Program-made: the position numbers and the translations under genes
Assembly (NCBI GenBank): GCA_013003215.1
Contig: JABDKD010000164.1
Span: 1-24,000, forward strand
Length of the DNA: 24,000 nt
DNA from: Pyrinomonadaceae bacterium
Lineage (GTDB): Bacteria > Acidobacteriota > Blastocatellia > Pyrinomonadales > Pyrinomonadaceae
Reading direction: 5' to 3'
Shown: in pieces, positions 14,530 through 22,158 of the stretch
How positions within the stretch are numbered: position 1 is the stretch's first letter
How the letters are laid out: every line of letters starts with the position of its first letter
The notes under the pieces: model-generated
What the model was told of the DNA's origin: nothing
Seen by the model: only the letters and a program-made list of their open reading frames with translations
The model's database searches: none

Positions 14530-16023
14530 ATGACTATCCGTGTAAGATTCGCGCCGAGCCCGACCGGTTATCTCCATATTGGTTCCGCAAGAACCGCCCT
14601 CTTTAATTATCTCTTCGCCCGACATACCGGCGGGAGCTTCCTGATCCGGGTCGAAGACACTGACCTTGAGCGCTCAACAGAAGAATCCACACGTTCGATT
14701 CTTGAAGGTCTCAAATGGCTGGGCTTTGAACCCGACGAGGAAATCGTCTTCCAGTCGGATAGTGCCGACAAACACCGGGAAGCGGCTCTCAGACTTCTTG
14801 CCGAAGGAAAAGCCTATCGAGATTTCACACCAAAAGAAGACCGTACAGGGAAAGATATAAAGCAGGAAATTGCAGATAAGGCACGAGAAAAAGGTGCTGA
14901 GAAAGATATGCGCGACAATCCATATCGCGATCTTCCGAAAGAAGAATCTGACAATCGCGCCGAAGCCGGTGAGCCGTTTGCGGTCAGGTTAAAGGTAGCG
15001 AAAGACGGAAAGACATCTTTTGAGGACGCGGTATACGGGTTGCAGGAACGTGACTATTCCGAAATCGAGGATCTTGTACTTCTGAGATCTGACGGGCATC
15101 CGCTCTATAACCTTGCAGTCGTTTGCGACGACATTGCCATGGGTATTACCGATGTCATTCGCGGACAGGACCACCTGACCAACACACACAAACAGATCTT
15201 GATCTATGAGTCGCTGGGCGAGGAAAAGCCAAACTTCGCACATCTACCATTGATTCTTGCACCGGGTGGCAAAAAGCTTTCAAAACGTCATCACGGAGAG
15301 ATCGTTGCATTAACGACCTATCGGGACCGAGGCTTTCTCGCCGCCGCGTTTAGAAACTATCTTGCACTCCTGGGGTGGTCTCCCAAAACCGAAGATGAGT
15401 TACTTGGCCTCGACGAGCTGATCAAAGTCTTTTCGCTTGAGGGCATAAACCGCTCAAATGCAGCATTTAACTTCGACGCGAACAATCCAAAACGGTGGAC
15501 CGACGACAAGGCGCTTTGGATGAACGCCGAGTACATAAGAACTTTGCCGGTTGATGAGTTGATCCCTCTTGTGCGTGAAGAACTACGTGGCGAGCAGCTT
15601 TGGCGCGAGGAATATGACGGAGAAGAACGTGAATGGTTCGAATCCACAATTGAACTCATACGGGAACGATTTTATACGCTGAAGGATTTTAGCGAGCAGG
15701 GCCGAGCGTTCTTTAGCGAAGATTTTGATTTTGATAAAAAAGCCATCGAAAAGAACCTTGGTAAACACCCTGACCTACGAGAGTGGTTACCCGCCCTGGC
15801 TGACAAGCTCGAAGCCATTGAGGATTTCACACATGACGGGATCTTTCCGGCAGTGAAAGAATTCTGCGCGGAAAAAGGCACAAAAGTGGGCGTCGTCTTA
15901 AATGGCGCGAGAGTTCTGCTTACAGGCCAGGCGGTCGGCCCCTCAATGGTTGCCGCGATCGAGCAGCTTGGGAAAGAAAAGACCGTGATGCGGCTACGGA
16001 GCCAGGTCGCGTGGAATGAATGA
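14530..16023 (+). CDS. gltX: glutamate--tRNA ligase
   Basis: 497 aa. The class I signatures are RFAPSPTGYLHIGSARTALFNY (HIGH-type) and KLSKR (KMSKS-type). Also present are RVEDTD and HPLYNLAVVCDD. Confidence 0.95.
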   Translation: MTIRVRFAPSPTGYLHIGSARTALFNYLFARHTGGSFLIRVEDTDLERSTEESTRSILEGLKWLGFEPDEEIVFQSDSADKHREAALRLLAEGKAYRDFTPKEDRTGKDIKQEIADKAREKGAEKDMRDNPYRDLPKEESDNRAEAGEPFAVRLKVAKDGKTSFEDAVYGLQERDYSEIEDLVLLRSDGHPLYNLAVVCDDIAMGITDVIRGQDHLTNTHKQILIYESLGEEKPNFAHLPLILAPGGKKLSKRHHGEIVALTTYRDRGFLAAAFRNYLALLGWSPKTEDELLGLDELIKVFSLEGINRSNAAFNFDANNPKRWTDDKALWMNAEYIRTLPVDELIPLVREELRGEQLWREEYDGEEREWFESTIELIRERFYTLKDFSEQGRAFFSEDFDFDKKAIEKNLGKHPDLREWLPALADKLEAIEDFTHDGIFPAVKEFCAEKGTKVGVVLNGARVLLTGQAVGPSMVAAIEQLGKEKTVMRLRSQVAWNE

Positions 16024-16492
16024 AGCTGAAGTCTATTGGCTAATCGGCGGGATTATAGGTTTCCTCATAAAGGTGCTGCTGATCCTGGTGGTTTTCGTCT
16101 TCATTAGCGGCACCACCTATCTCTGCGTCAAAAACCGACGCAAATTCAAACGGAACTACGAAATCGCTTTTGATGGAAGAAAGTCCAGGAGCGAAGAGGA
16201 TTTCTATGACGAATTCTTCGCGGCCCGTGAAATTCCGAAAGACATTGCGATCAAGGTTCGTCGCCTTTTGGAAGATGAGCTAAATACAGACCTCTCACGG
16301 CTAAAGACAACCGATGATTTCTCCAAGAACCTTGGTTTTTTCTTCGAACACGACTCTTATGTCGATGTAGAAATCGTGATCAGGCTTGAAGAGGAATTCG
16401 GCATATCGATTACGGACGAAGAGGCGGCCGGCCTAAGGACTGTTGAGGATATCGTTTTGTTTGCGGCACAAAAAACAGAGGACCAGGACTAA
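16016..16492 (+). CDS. membrane-anchored protein with C-terminal acyl-carrier-protein-like domain
   Basis: 158 aa. The N-terminal TM helix is YWLIGGIIGFLIKVLLILVVFVFISG. The C-terminal 80 aa align by eye to the ACP pattern (NLG..DS-x-x-x-VE-x-V-x-x-LEEEFGI-x-I-x-DEEA....TV.D). The candidate attachment Ser is in HDSYVDVEIV (codon 16355-16357). The ATG overlaps the gltX stop (ATGAATGA). Confidence 0.65.
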   Translation: MNEAEVYWLIGGIIGFLIKVLLILVVFVFISGTTYLCVKNRRKFKRNYEIAFDGRKSRSEEDFYDEFFAAREIPKDIAIKVRRLLEDELNTDLSRLKTTDDFSKNLGFFFEHDSYVDVEIVIRLEEEFGISITDEEAAGLRTVEDIVLFAAQKTEDQD

Positions 16493-17436
16493 TTCTTTGT
16501 ATCCGTGGAGGGCTCATCGGACTCCGTCTCAGGGATTTCCTCAATATCGTGAGACTCAATCCCGGTTGAGAACTTGTTGTATTCAGAAAACGAAAACCGG
16601 ACCTTAACCGCCAGACGATTGAATTCATAGGGAAACTCCATGAAATTTAGTTCCGCGACCTTGGGAAACCAGTGGCCGTCCGACATTCGAATCTGTTGGT
16701 AATAGAAGACCCGGGCTTTGTTCCGTTCTTTCTCAGGCTTTGCGTTAAACTTCGCCAAGCCCCCAATCGGGAACGCTTCGACGCTTACAATCCGTTTGTC
16801 ATCTTCATCGATAACTATGATCCCTTCGATCTTACCCAGATAGAACAGGTCGCTTGTATATTTCTCTTCCGGATTCGGGTAGAACTCTAAGGAATACCCG
16901 GGCCTTCCACCAACAGTCAGCTGTTTCAAATTTGAAAACTGCACTGTTTTTAAAAGGCGGAAAAGATCAATCTTAAGCGCCTGGTCTCCAACGGTATTGG
17001 AATCAGCACGGAGAGTCATATACCCATCCGTATGACGCCCGATCTCCTCTTCTGATGGTTCCTCAGATTCGATTTCATCCAGCCTTTCGACAATTCGGTT
17101 TCGCTCGTTGACGATCTGCGAAGGCAACAACTTTCTAGTATTGTCGTAAACCAACAAAAGCGGATGACGGAATGAGTGGCTTCTTGGTACGTTTGTCGGC
17201 AGGAGTGCGCGATATCTGCGTCTAAGGGTGGATCTTCCGATTATCGAACGTTTTACACGCGTAAATTCCAGCTTATAGGTATAGCCGGACATGGCAGAAG
17301 GAGCCCCTTCGATTGCAGTCTCGGCGACTATTTCTTCGATATCTTCGGAACCCTGACCATACGCATTTGAAATCAGTATCAGGCAAAGCGTAAGTGGAAC
17401 CAGGACAGCATTAAAAATGGTTCGTTTCATCTTCAC
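16489..17436 (-). CDS. secreted hypothetical protein
   Basis: 315 aa with signal peptide MKMKRTIFNAVLVPLTLCLILISNAYGQ. The track start is GTG 17436; an ATG lies 6 nt downstream. The protein has acidic termini. No family recognised; a LolA-like fold is only a guess. Confidence 0.65.
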   Translation of the reverse strand: MKMKRTIFNAVLVPLTLCLILISNAYGQGSEDIEEIVAETAIEGAPSAMSGYTYKLEFTRVKRSIIGRSTLRRRYRALLPTNVPRSHSFRHPLLLVYDNTRKLLPSQIVNERNRIVERLDEIESEEPSEEEIGRHTDGYMTLRADSNTVGDQALKIDLFRLLKTVQFSNLKQLTVGGRPGYSLEFYPNPEEKYTSDLFYLGKIEGIIVIDEDDKRIVSVEAFPIGGLAKFNAKPEKERNKARVFYYQQIRMSDGHWFPKVAELNFMEFPYEFNRLAVKVRFSFSEYNKFSTGIESHDIEEIPETESDEPSTDTKN

Positions 17437-17632
17437 AAAAACAAATTGCGTTTTAGAAACCCGAAATCCGGCTAAAAACAGGTCTGATTCCGGTTATCAT
17501 TGCCGAAAGCGAAGTGAATTTCAAGTTTTATCCGCCTGCGACAATTCCAGGTGCTGTCTAATTCCCTTAAAAAAATCGATTTGGTTTGCAACTTTTGACG
17601 CGATTGGCATTCTATAGAGAAAGGTAGCACTA

Positions 17633-20512
17633 ATGGATTCAGTCAGACAGAGAGCAAGAAATGTAACTGCCAGCGCACGTTTTTTGAGCGCGTGTGCGCT
17701 TATGTGCATTTTGGCTGTGGCAGGTCTGGCTCAGGATGAATCGATCAAAAGAGCCCGGAGCCTTTATGCAGAAGGTACAGCGCTGATCAGTAAGCAAACC
17801 CGTGAATCGTATGAAGAGGCGCTTGAAAAGTATGAGGAGTCCCGCAGCTTGTTTGCGCAGGCAGGTGAAAAGACAGGAGAGGCTAAGTCACTGGTGGGTC
17901 TGGGTTTTGTCTCCGACGGCCTTGGAAGGAATAGTGAGGCCCTGGCGTTTTATGAAAAGGCCTTCGGGATCTTTGATCAGCTCAAAAACAGGCTTTGGGC
18001 TGCCCGGACGCTTAATAACATGGCCCGGATCTATGACGATAGGGGCGATACTCAAAAGGCACTTGAGCTTTTCGAAAAGGCGCTGCCGCTAAGACGAAAA
18101 GCAGGGGATCTTAATGGTGAAGCCGTTACGCTCAACGGAATCGGAGCCGTTTATGTGAAGAATGGCCGATTTGAGGAGGCGCTGCAGTATTACAACCTCG
18201 CTTACGCCGTCCGAAATTCACCTTCTATGCCGGACGACCGCGCGAATCGCCGGGGGATCGCAATCATTCTGAATAACATCGGACGACTATTTGATCAGTT
18301 GGGAGATAAGAAAAAGGCCGCAGTCTATTTGGGAAGATCGCTGCCTCTGCGTCGTGCTACAGGCGATCGAAGCGGAGAGGCTACAACCTTAAACAATCTC
18401 GGACTAGTTGAAGCAGACCGTGGAAATCTGAAAAAAGCTCTTGAGTACTACGAAGAGTCTTTGAAGATCATCAGAGATCTGGGACTTGAATTCCGCGAAG
18501 CGGAGGTCCTGAACAACTCGGCGGTGATCCATATCAATCAGGTTGAACCCAAACTCGCGCTTCCGAAACTCGCCAAATCACTTGCTTACTACCGTTCGGT
18601 CGGTGACAGGGGCGGCGAAGCGACCTCACTTAACAACATAGCTCTTGCGGAACTCCAGACCGACAAAAAAGCTACTCCGGTCAATCTTGTTTCGGCCCTG
18701 CTTATCTCGCGCCAGGCCGGGGAAGCTGCGCTCGAGGCCATGACGCTGAACAATTTGATGTATTTCTGGAAAAAAACCGGGAAGCCGTCAATTGCCGCGT
18801 TTTACGGGAAGCAGTCCGTAAACAAGTACCAGGAAATTCGTTTCGGGATTCGCACTTTGAATGAAGACTCGCGAAGAATCTATCTCGAATCCATCACCGA
18901 CACTTACCGCCAGCTCGCCGATGTTCTGATCGAACTGGGACAGTTTGCCCAGGCGAATCAGGTTCTCAACATGCTAAAGGCTCAGGAATATTTTGACTTC
19001 GTAAGACGCAACAGCGACGAGATCAAGAGACTCGAGTCCACCGTCACGCTTAATCCGAAAGAACGCGAGATGCTTGAGCGGTACAAAGCTATTGCCGAAC
19101 GAGTGACCGCGCTGAGCAAGCGGTATGGGGAACTGGATCTAGAGCGACGTAAGGCACGGCGCCAGGGCGGGGATCTCGATGAGAAAAACTTGGAAGAACA
19201 CGAGTCTCTTGAGAAGCAGCTTCGGGATGCCAATGCCGCGTTTCGGCTGTTTGTAGAGAAACAACTTGCTGAAGAGTTGGGAAAGGAGCGTGTCAAGGAA
19301 GTTGAGTACGACAGGGATCTGCAGGCAAAGCTTCGGCGGTGGGGAGAAGGGACGGTAGCTGTTTATACGGTTTTGAGCAGGGACCGCTATCGGGTGATTC
19401 TGACAACCCCCTTCGTACAGGTAGACGGTAAATACGAAATCAAGGCCGGAGAACTGAATCGAAAGATCTTCAAGTTCAGGGAATCGCTGCAGGACCTTGG
19501 TGCTGATCCGCGGATCCCTGGAAAAGAGCTCTATGACATTCTTTTGAAACCGATAGAAAAGGATCTAAAGGCAGCCGGAGCAAAGACTATTGTCTGGTCG
19601 CTGGACGGTACGCTCAGATACATTCCAATCGCAGCGCTTTCGCCAGATGGAAAATCGTATCTTGTTGAGAAATATAGACATGCGGTCATTACATCGAAAA
19701 CACGGGATGATCTGGACGAGCCAAACAAAAAGTGGAAAGCTCTGGGACTGGGCGTTTCGAAAGCTGCGGAAATCACGAACCCGTCGGATCCGTCAGAGGT
19801 AATCGAGTTCAGTGCGATTCCGGGATCAGTAAACGAGCTCAACGCGATTATTCGTGACGAAAGAAAACCTAGGGAAAAAGGTCTTCTGTTTGGCCGCAGG
19901 TTTGTCGATGAAGACTTCACGCTTGGAGCGTTTGAAGATTCGCTCGCCCTCGAAACAGCGTCCGGTAAACCTGAATACTCGGTGATCCATCTCGCAAGCC
20001 ATTTTCGTCTCGGAAACAATTGGAGCGATTCGTTCCTGCTGCTGGGCAATGGAAAAGTGCTGACCCTGGAGGACTTGAGCAATTCTCCCGGTCTTAGTTT
20101 CGGCGACGTCGAACTTGTCACGCTCTCGGCCTGTGATACGGCCTACGCAAACAGCTCCAATGGAAAGGAGATTGATTCTCTCGCCGGTGCGATCCAAACA
20201 AAAAGCGGTAAAGCCGTTCTCGCGACCCTCTGGGCGGTTGTCGATGAAAGCACCCCCCTGCTAATGACTGAATTCTATAAGCTTCAGGTCGATAACTCCT
20301 CAATGACCAAGGCTGCGGCAATGCGCGAGGTGCAAACAGGATTTATTACCGGAAAACTCAAACCGGACGCGGAGTATATAGAACGACTGGCCAAGGCGTT
20401 TGAGACACGTGGTTCCTCAAACCCATCGAATGCTTTCAAATTCGACAAAAACAAGCCATTCGCTCACCCATACTTTTGGTCACCTTTCGTGCTGATCGGA
20501 AACTGGCGATAG
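17633..20512 (+). CDS. TPR-repeat / CHAT-domain (caspase-like) protein with N-terminal signal/anchor sequence
   Basis: 959 aa. The hydrophobic N-terminus is FLSACALMCILAVAGLAQ. About 8 TPR-like units of the form A..LNN.G..Y...G....AL.Y.E.AL follow, then a coiled-coil linker. The CHAT His/Cys dyad context is VIHLASHFRLG and LVTLSACDTA. The family-typical C-terminus HPYFWSPFVLIGNWR is present. Confidence 0.9.
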   Translation: MDSVRQRARNVTASARFLSACALMCILAVAGLAQDESIKRARSLYAEGTALISKQTRESYEEALEKYEESRSLFAQAGEKTGEAKSLVGLGFVSDGLGRNSEALAFYEKAFGIFDQLKNRLWAARTLNNMARIYDDRGDTQKALELFEKALPLRRKAGDLNGEAVTLNGIGAVYVKNGRFEEALQYYNLAYAVRNSPSMPDDRANRRGIAIILNNIGRLFDQLGDKKKAAVYLGRSLPLRRATGDRSGEATTLNNLGLVEADRGNLKKALEYYEESLKIIRDLGLEFREAEVLNNSAVIHINQVEPKLALPKLAKSLAYYRSVGDRGGEATSLNNIALAELQTDKKATPVNLVSALLISRQAGEAALEAMTLNNLMYFWKKTGKPSIAAFYGKQSVNKYQEIRFGIRTLNEDSRRIYLESITDTYRQLADVLIELGQFAQANQVLNMLKAQEYFDFVRRNSDEIKRLESTVTLNPKEREMLERYKAIAERVTALSKRYGELDLERRKARRQGGDLDEKNLEEHESLEKQLRDANAAFRLFVEKQLAEELGKERVKEVEYDRDLQAKLRRWGEGTVAVYTVLSRDRYRVILTTPFVQVDGKYEIKAGELNRKIFKFRESLQDLGADPRIPGKELYDILLKPIEKDLKAAGAKTIVWSLDGTLRYIPIAALSPDGKSYLVEKYRHAVITSKTRDDLDEPNKKWKALGLGVSKAAEITNPSDPSEVIEFSAIPGSVNELNAIIRDERKPREKGLLFGRRFVDEDFTLGAFEDSLALETASGKPEYSVIHLASHFRLGNNWSDSFLLLGNGKVLTLEDLSNSPGLSFGDVELVTLSACDTAYANSSNGKEIDSLAGAIQTKSGKAVLATLWAVVDESTPLLMTEFYKLQVDNSSMTKAAAMREVQTGFITGKLKPDAEYIERLAKAFETRGSSNPSNAFKFDKNKPFAHPYFWSPFVLIGNWR

Positions 20513-20519
20513 GGGTTCG

Positions 20520-20583
20520 TGGACAATTGGGTAAATGGACAACTGGTTGAATGGACAATGGATAATGGACAATGGACAATTGG
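20520..20583. repeat. five TGGACAAYTGG units (GGACAAT heptamer-type array)
   Basis: Units lie at 20520-20530, 20536-20546, 20552-20561, 20566-20575 and 20573-20583. The reverse-complement motif (TTGTCCA) recurs at 20645-20662 and 20733-20764. Confidence 0.75.
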
Positions 20584-20634
20584 TTTGAGCCGAGTTGGAT
20601 GACTTTTATAATCGGCACCTGTGGGTTTCTATTC

Positions 20635-20662
20635 TCCATTGGAGAATTGTCTATTGTCCATT
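20635..20662 (+). repeat. 28-nt direct repeat, copy 1 (TCCATTGGAGAATTGTCTATTGTCCATT)
   Basis: It matches copy 2 at 27 of 28 positions. The copies are 102 nt apart, start to start. Confidence 0.8.
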
Positions 20663-20736
20663 AATCCCCGGTGTCCGTTACCTGTTAAATGCACTTTCCA
20701 TAAACCTGAATCGCCCATTTTTTCTTAATCTCATTG

Positions 20737-20764
20737 TCCATTGGAGAATTGTCCATTGTCCATT
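20737..20764 (+). repeat. 28-nt direct repeat, copy 2 (TCCATTGGAGAATTGTCCATTGTCCATT), overlapping the exonuclease start
   Basis: It matches copy 1 at 27 of 28 positions. It contains both candidate TTG start codons (20741, 20756) of the downstream gene. Confidence 0.8.
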
Positions 20765-21352
20765 TCATGTTTTATCGTCCACTCTCCCGAAGAATCCGAC
20801 CGGGCGTTCGAGGCTTTACGAAGTGCGAATGCGGTAGCCTGCGATACGGAAACATCCGGACTCAAAGCGCAGACAGCAGAGCTTTTCTCGGTTCAGTTCT
20901 CTGACGGTGAATTGAATTGCCTTGTACCGACCTCAGAAGGAGTCCAACTTGGCAGACTCGCTGAACTGCTCGCGGACAAATCAATTACTAAGATATTTCA
21001 CAACGCCCGCTTCGATCTCGGGTTTCTCGAGCACAACGGCTACCCAGTCAAAAACGTCTTCGATACGATGATCGCGGAAAAGGTACTTACAAAGGGTGGG
21101 GATCAATCGGCTTCCCTTGCGGAGACTCTGTATCGTTATTTCGCGGTTGATCTCGACAAATCTCAAAGAAAGAAGTTCGGGCGTTCATGGGACCGGGTCT
21201 GGACACCCGAGCTTGTCGAATACGCGATGAAGGATGTTGCCTATCTACCGGAATTGATGAAGCGTCAAATAAAATGGATGGATGACCTGGGACTTCGGCC
21301 ACAATACAACGCGCAGATCGGGAAACTGATGACGGATGACGAGTCAACTTAG
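20741..21352 (+). CDS. DEDDy-type 3'-5' exonuclease (RNase D / DNA pol A exonuclease-domain family)
   Basis: 203 aa. Exo I is ACDTETSGL, Exo II is FHNARFDLGFL and Exo III is YAMKDVAYL. The only in-frame starts upstream of Exo I are TTG 20741 and TTG 20756, so the start is uncertain. Confidence 0.8.
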   Translation: MENCPLSISCFIVHSPEESDRAFEALRSANAVACDTETSGLKAQTAELFSVQFSDGELNCLVPTSEGVQLGRLAELLADKSITKIFHNARFDLGFLEHNGYPVKNVFDTMIAEKVLTKGGDQSASLAETLYRYFAVDLDKSQRKKFGRSWDRVWTPELVEYAMKDVAYLPELMKRQIKWMDDLGLRPQYNAQIGKLMTDDEST

Positions 21353-21358
21353 ATCTTC

Positions 21359-21414
21359 CAGTCAAATCAAGTCATTTTTCAGTCTTTTAGTATTCAGTCC
21401 TCAGTCCTTAGACC
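21359..21414. repeat. CAGTC-type short repeats ending in heptamer tandem TCAGTCC TCAGTCC TTAGACC
   Basis: Seen in the 62-nt convergent spacer between the exonuclease and thioesterase genes. No terminator hairpin is present there. Confidence 0.6.
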
Positions 21415-21885
21415 TCAATCCGCAGCCTGCCAACGGTGGTACGCCGGGTGCCCTTCTTTCACAGCAACAAACAACCCCGAACATGTCGCGCAAACCTTGT
21501 CATTCGCGATGAGTTCCGCCTCGACGGTCGCCCGGTCTTCCGAGTGCTCGGTAATCCACGCTCGCATGTGAAGTGTCGTGTCGCTGGGCGTTGGGCGCAG
21601 GAGTTTTACGTTGTAGCTCGCTGTAACCGTGCAGTCAATCTCCGGTTTGCTGTACTCGGTCATAAGAAAGTGCGCTGCTGCCCAGTTCGAGTGACAGTCC
21701 AAAAGACATCCCACAATTCCCCCGCTCATCATGCCCGGAAACGACTCGTGGTGATCTTCGGGAGTCCAGTCGCAGATGTACTCACCGTCCTTTTCGAATG
21801 TTCTGATCCGGAGTCCTTTTTCGTTTGCCGGCCCACATCCGAAACAGATGCTCTTCGGACCGTAAGTTTCCTGTATTGATTTCAT
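21415..21885 (-). CDS. PaaI-family hotdog-fold thioesterase
   Basis: 156 aa. It has the N-terminal CFGCGPANEKGLRI motif typical of this subgroup. HHESFPGMMSGGIVGCLLDCH marks the hotdog central helix region. Confidence 0.8.
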   Translation of the reverse strand: MKSIQETYGPKSICFGCGPANEKGLRIRTFEKDGEYICDWTPEDHHESFPGMMSGGIVGCLLDCHSNWAAAHFLMTEYSKPEIDCTVTASYNVKLLRPTPSDTTLHMRAWITEHSEDRATVEAELIANDKVCATCSGLFVAVKEGHPAYHRWQAAD

Positions 21886-21993
21886 ACAGGAAGAATACAG
21901 GAGTCAGGATTCTGGATACAGGAGCGCAGGAGCGCAGGAGCGTAGGAGTGAAGGAAAGTAGGAGCGCGGGACGCGGAGATGCGGGAGGCGGGG
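21885..21993. repeat. AGGA/AGGAG short-period array (three ATACAGGA units, then about 9 degenerate 8-mers NAGGAGNG)
   Basis: ATACAGGA occurs at 21885, 21895 and 21915. Then comes CAGGAGCG CAGGAGCG CAGGAGCG TAGGAGTG AAGGAAAG TAGGAGCG CGGGACG CGGAGATG CGGGAGG from 21919 to about 21988. Confidence 0.8.
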
Positions 21994-22013
21994 AAAAGTC
22001 ACGGAGTGACGAA

Positions 22014-22158
22014 CTGATCGTAGCCGTGGACTTTAGTCCACGGAAGAAGTTCGAAATCGATGTTTGTCGCGTAGCGACAATTGAAATCACGCGTCGCTGA
22101 CGCGACGCCAATCCCACTGGGCTTTGTCCCGTGGTTTGAAAACCACGGCTACGATCAG
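22014..22158. other. hairpin module closed by a perfect 16-nt inverted repeat (candidate structured RNA or REP/MITE-like element)
   Basis: CTGATCGTAGCCGTGG (22014-22029) is the exact reverse complement of CCACGGCTACGATCAG (22143-22158). Four hairpins lie inside: CCGTGGACT-TT-AGTCCACGG (22024-22043), TTGTCGC-GTA-GCGACAA (22064-22080), GCGTCGC-TGAC-GCGACGC (22091-22108) and CCGTGGTT-TGAA-AACCACGG (22129-22148). Confidence 0.6.

Noticed and set aside
17633-20512. TPR-CHAT as a type III-E CRISPR (Craspase/Csx29-like) or other defence effector
   Set aside because: There is no cas7-11-like gene, array, cyclase, nuclease or NTPase partner nearby. The protein has an export-type N-terminus. TPR-CHAT proteins are common stand-alone genes.
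20595-20837. 80-aa plus-strand ORF with duplicated HWRIV-x-CP segments
   Set aside because: The internal duplication is simply the 28-nt DNA direct repeat being translated. The ORF overlaps the exonuclease N-terminus out of frame and has no RBS.
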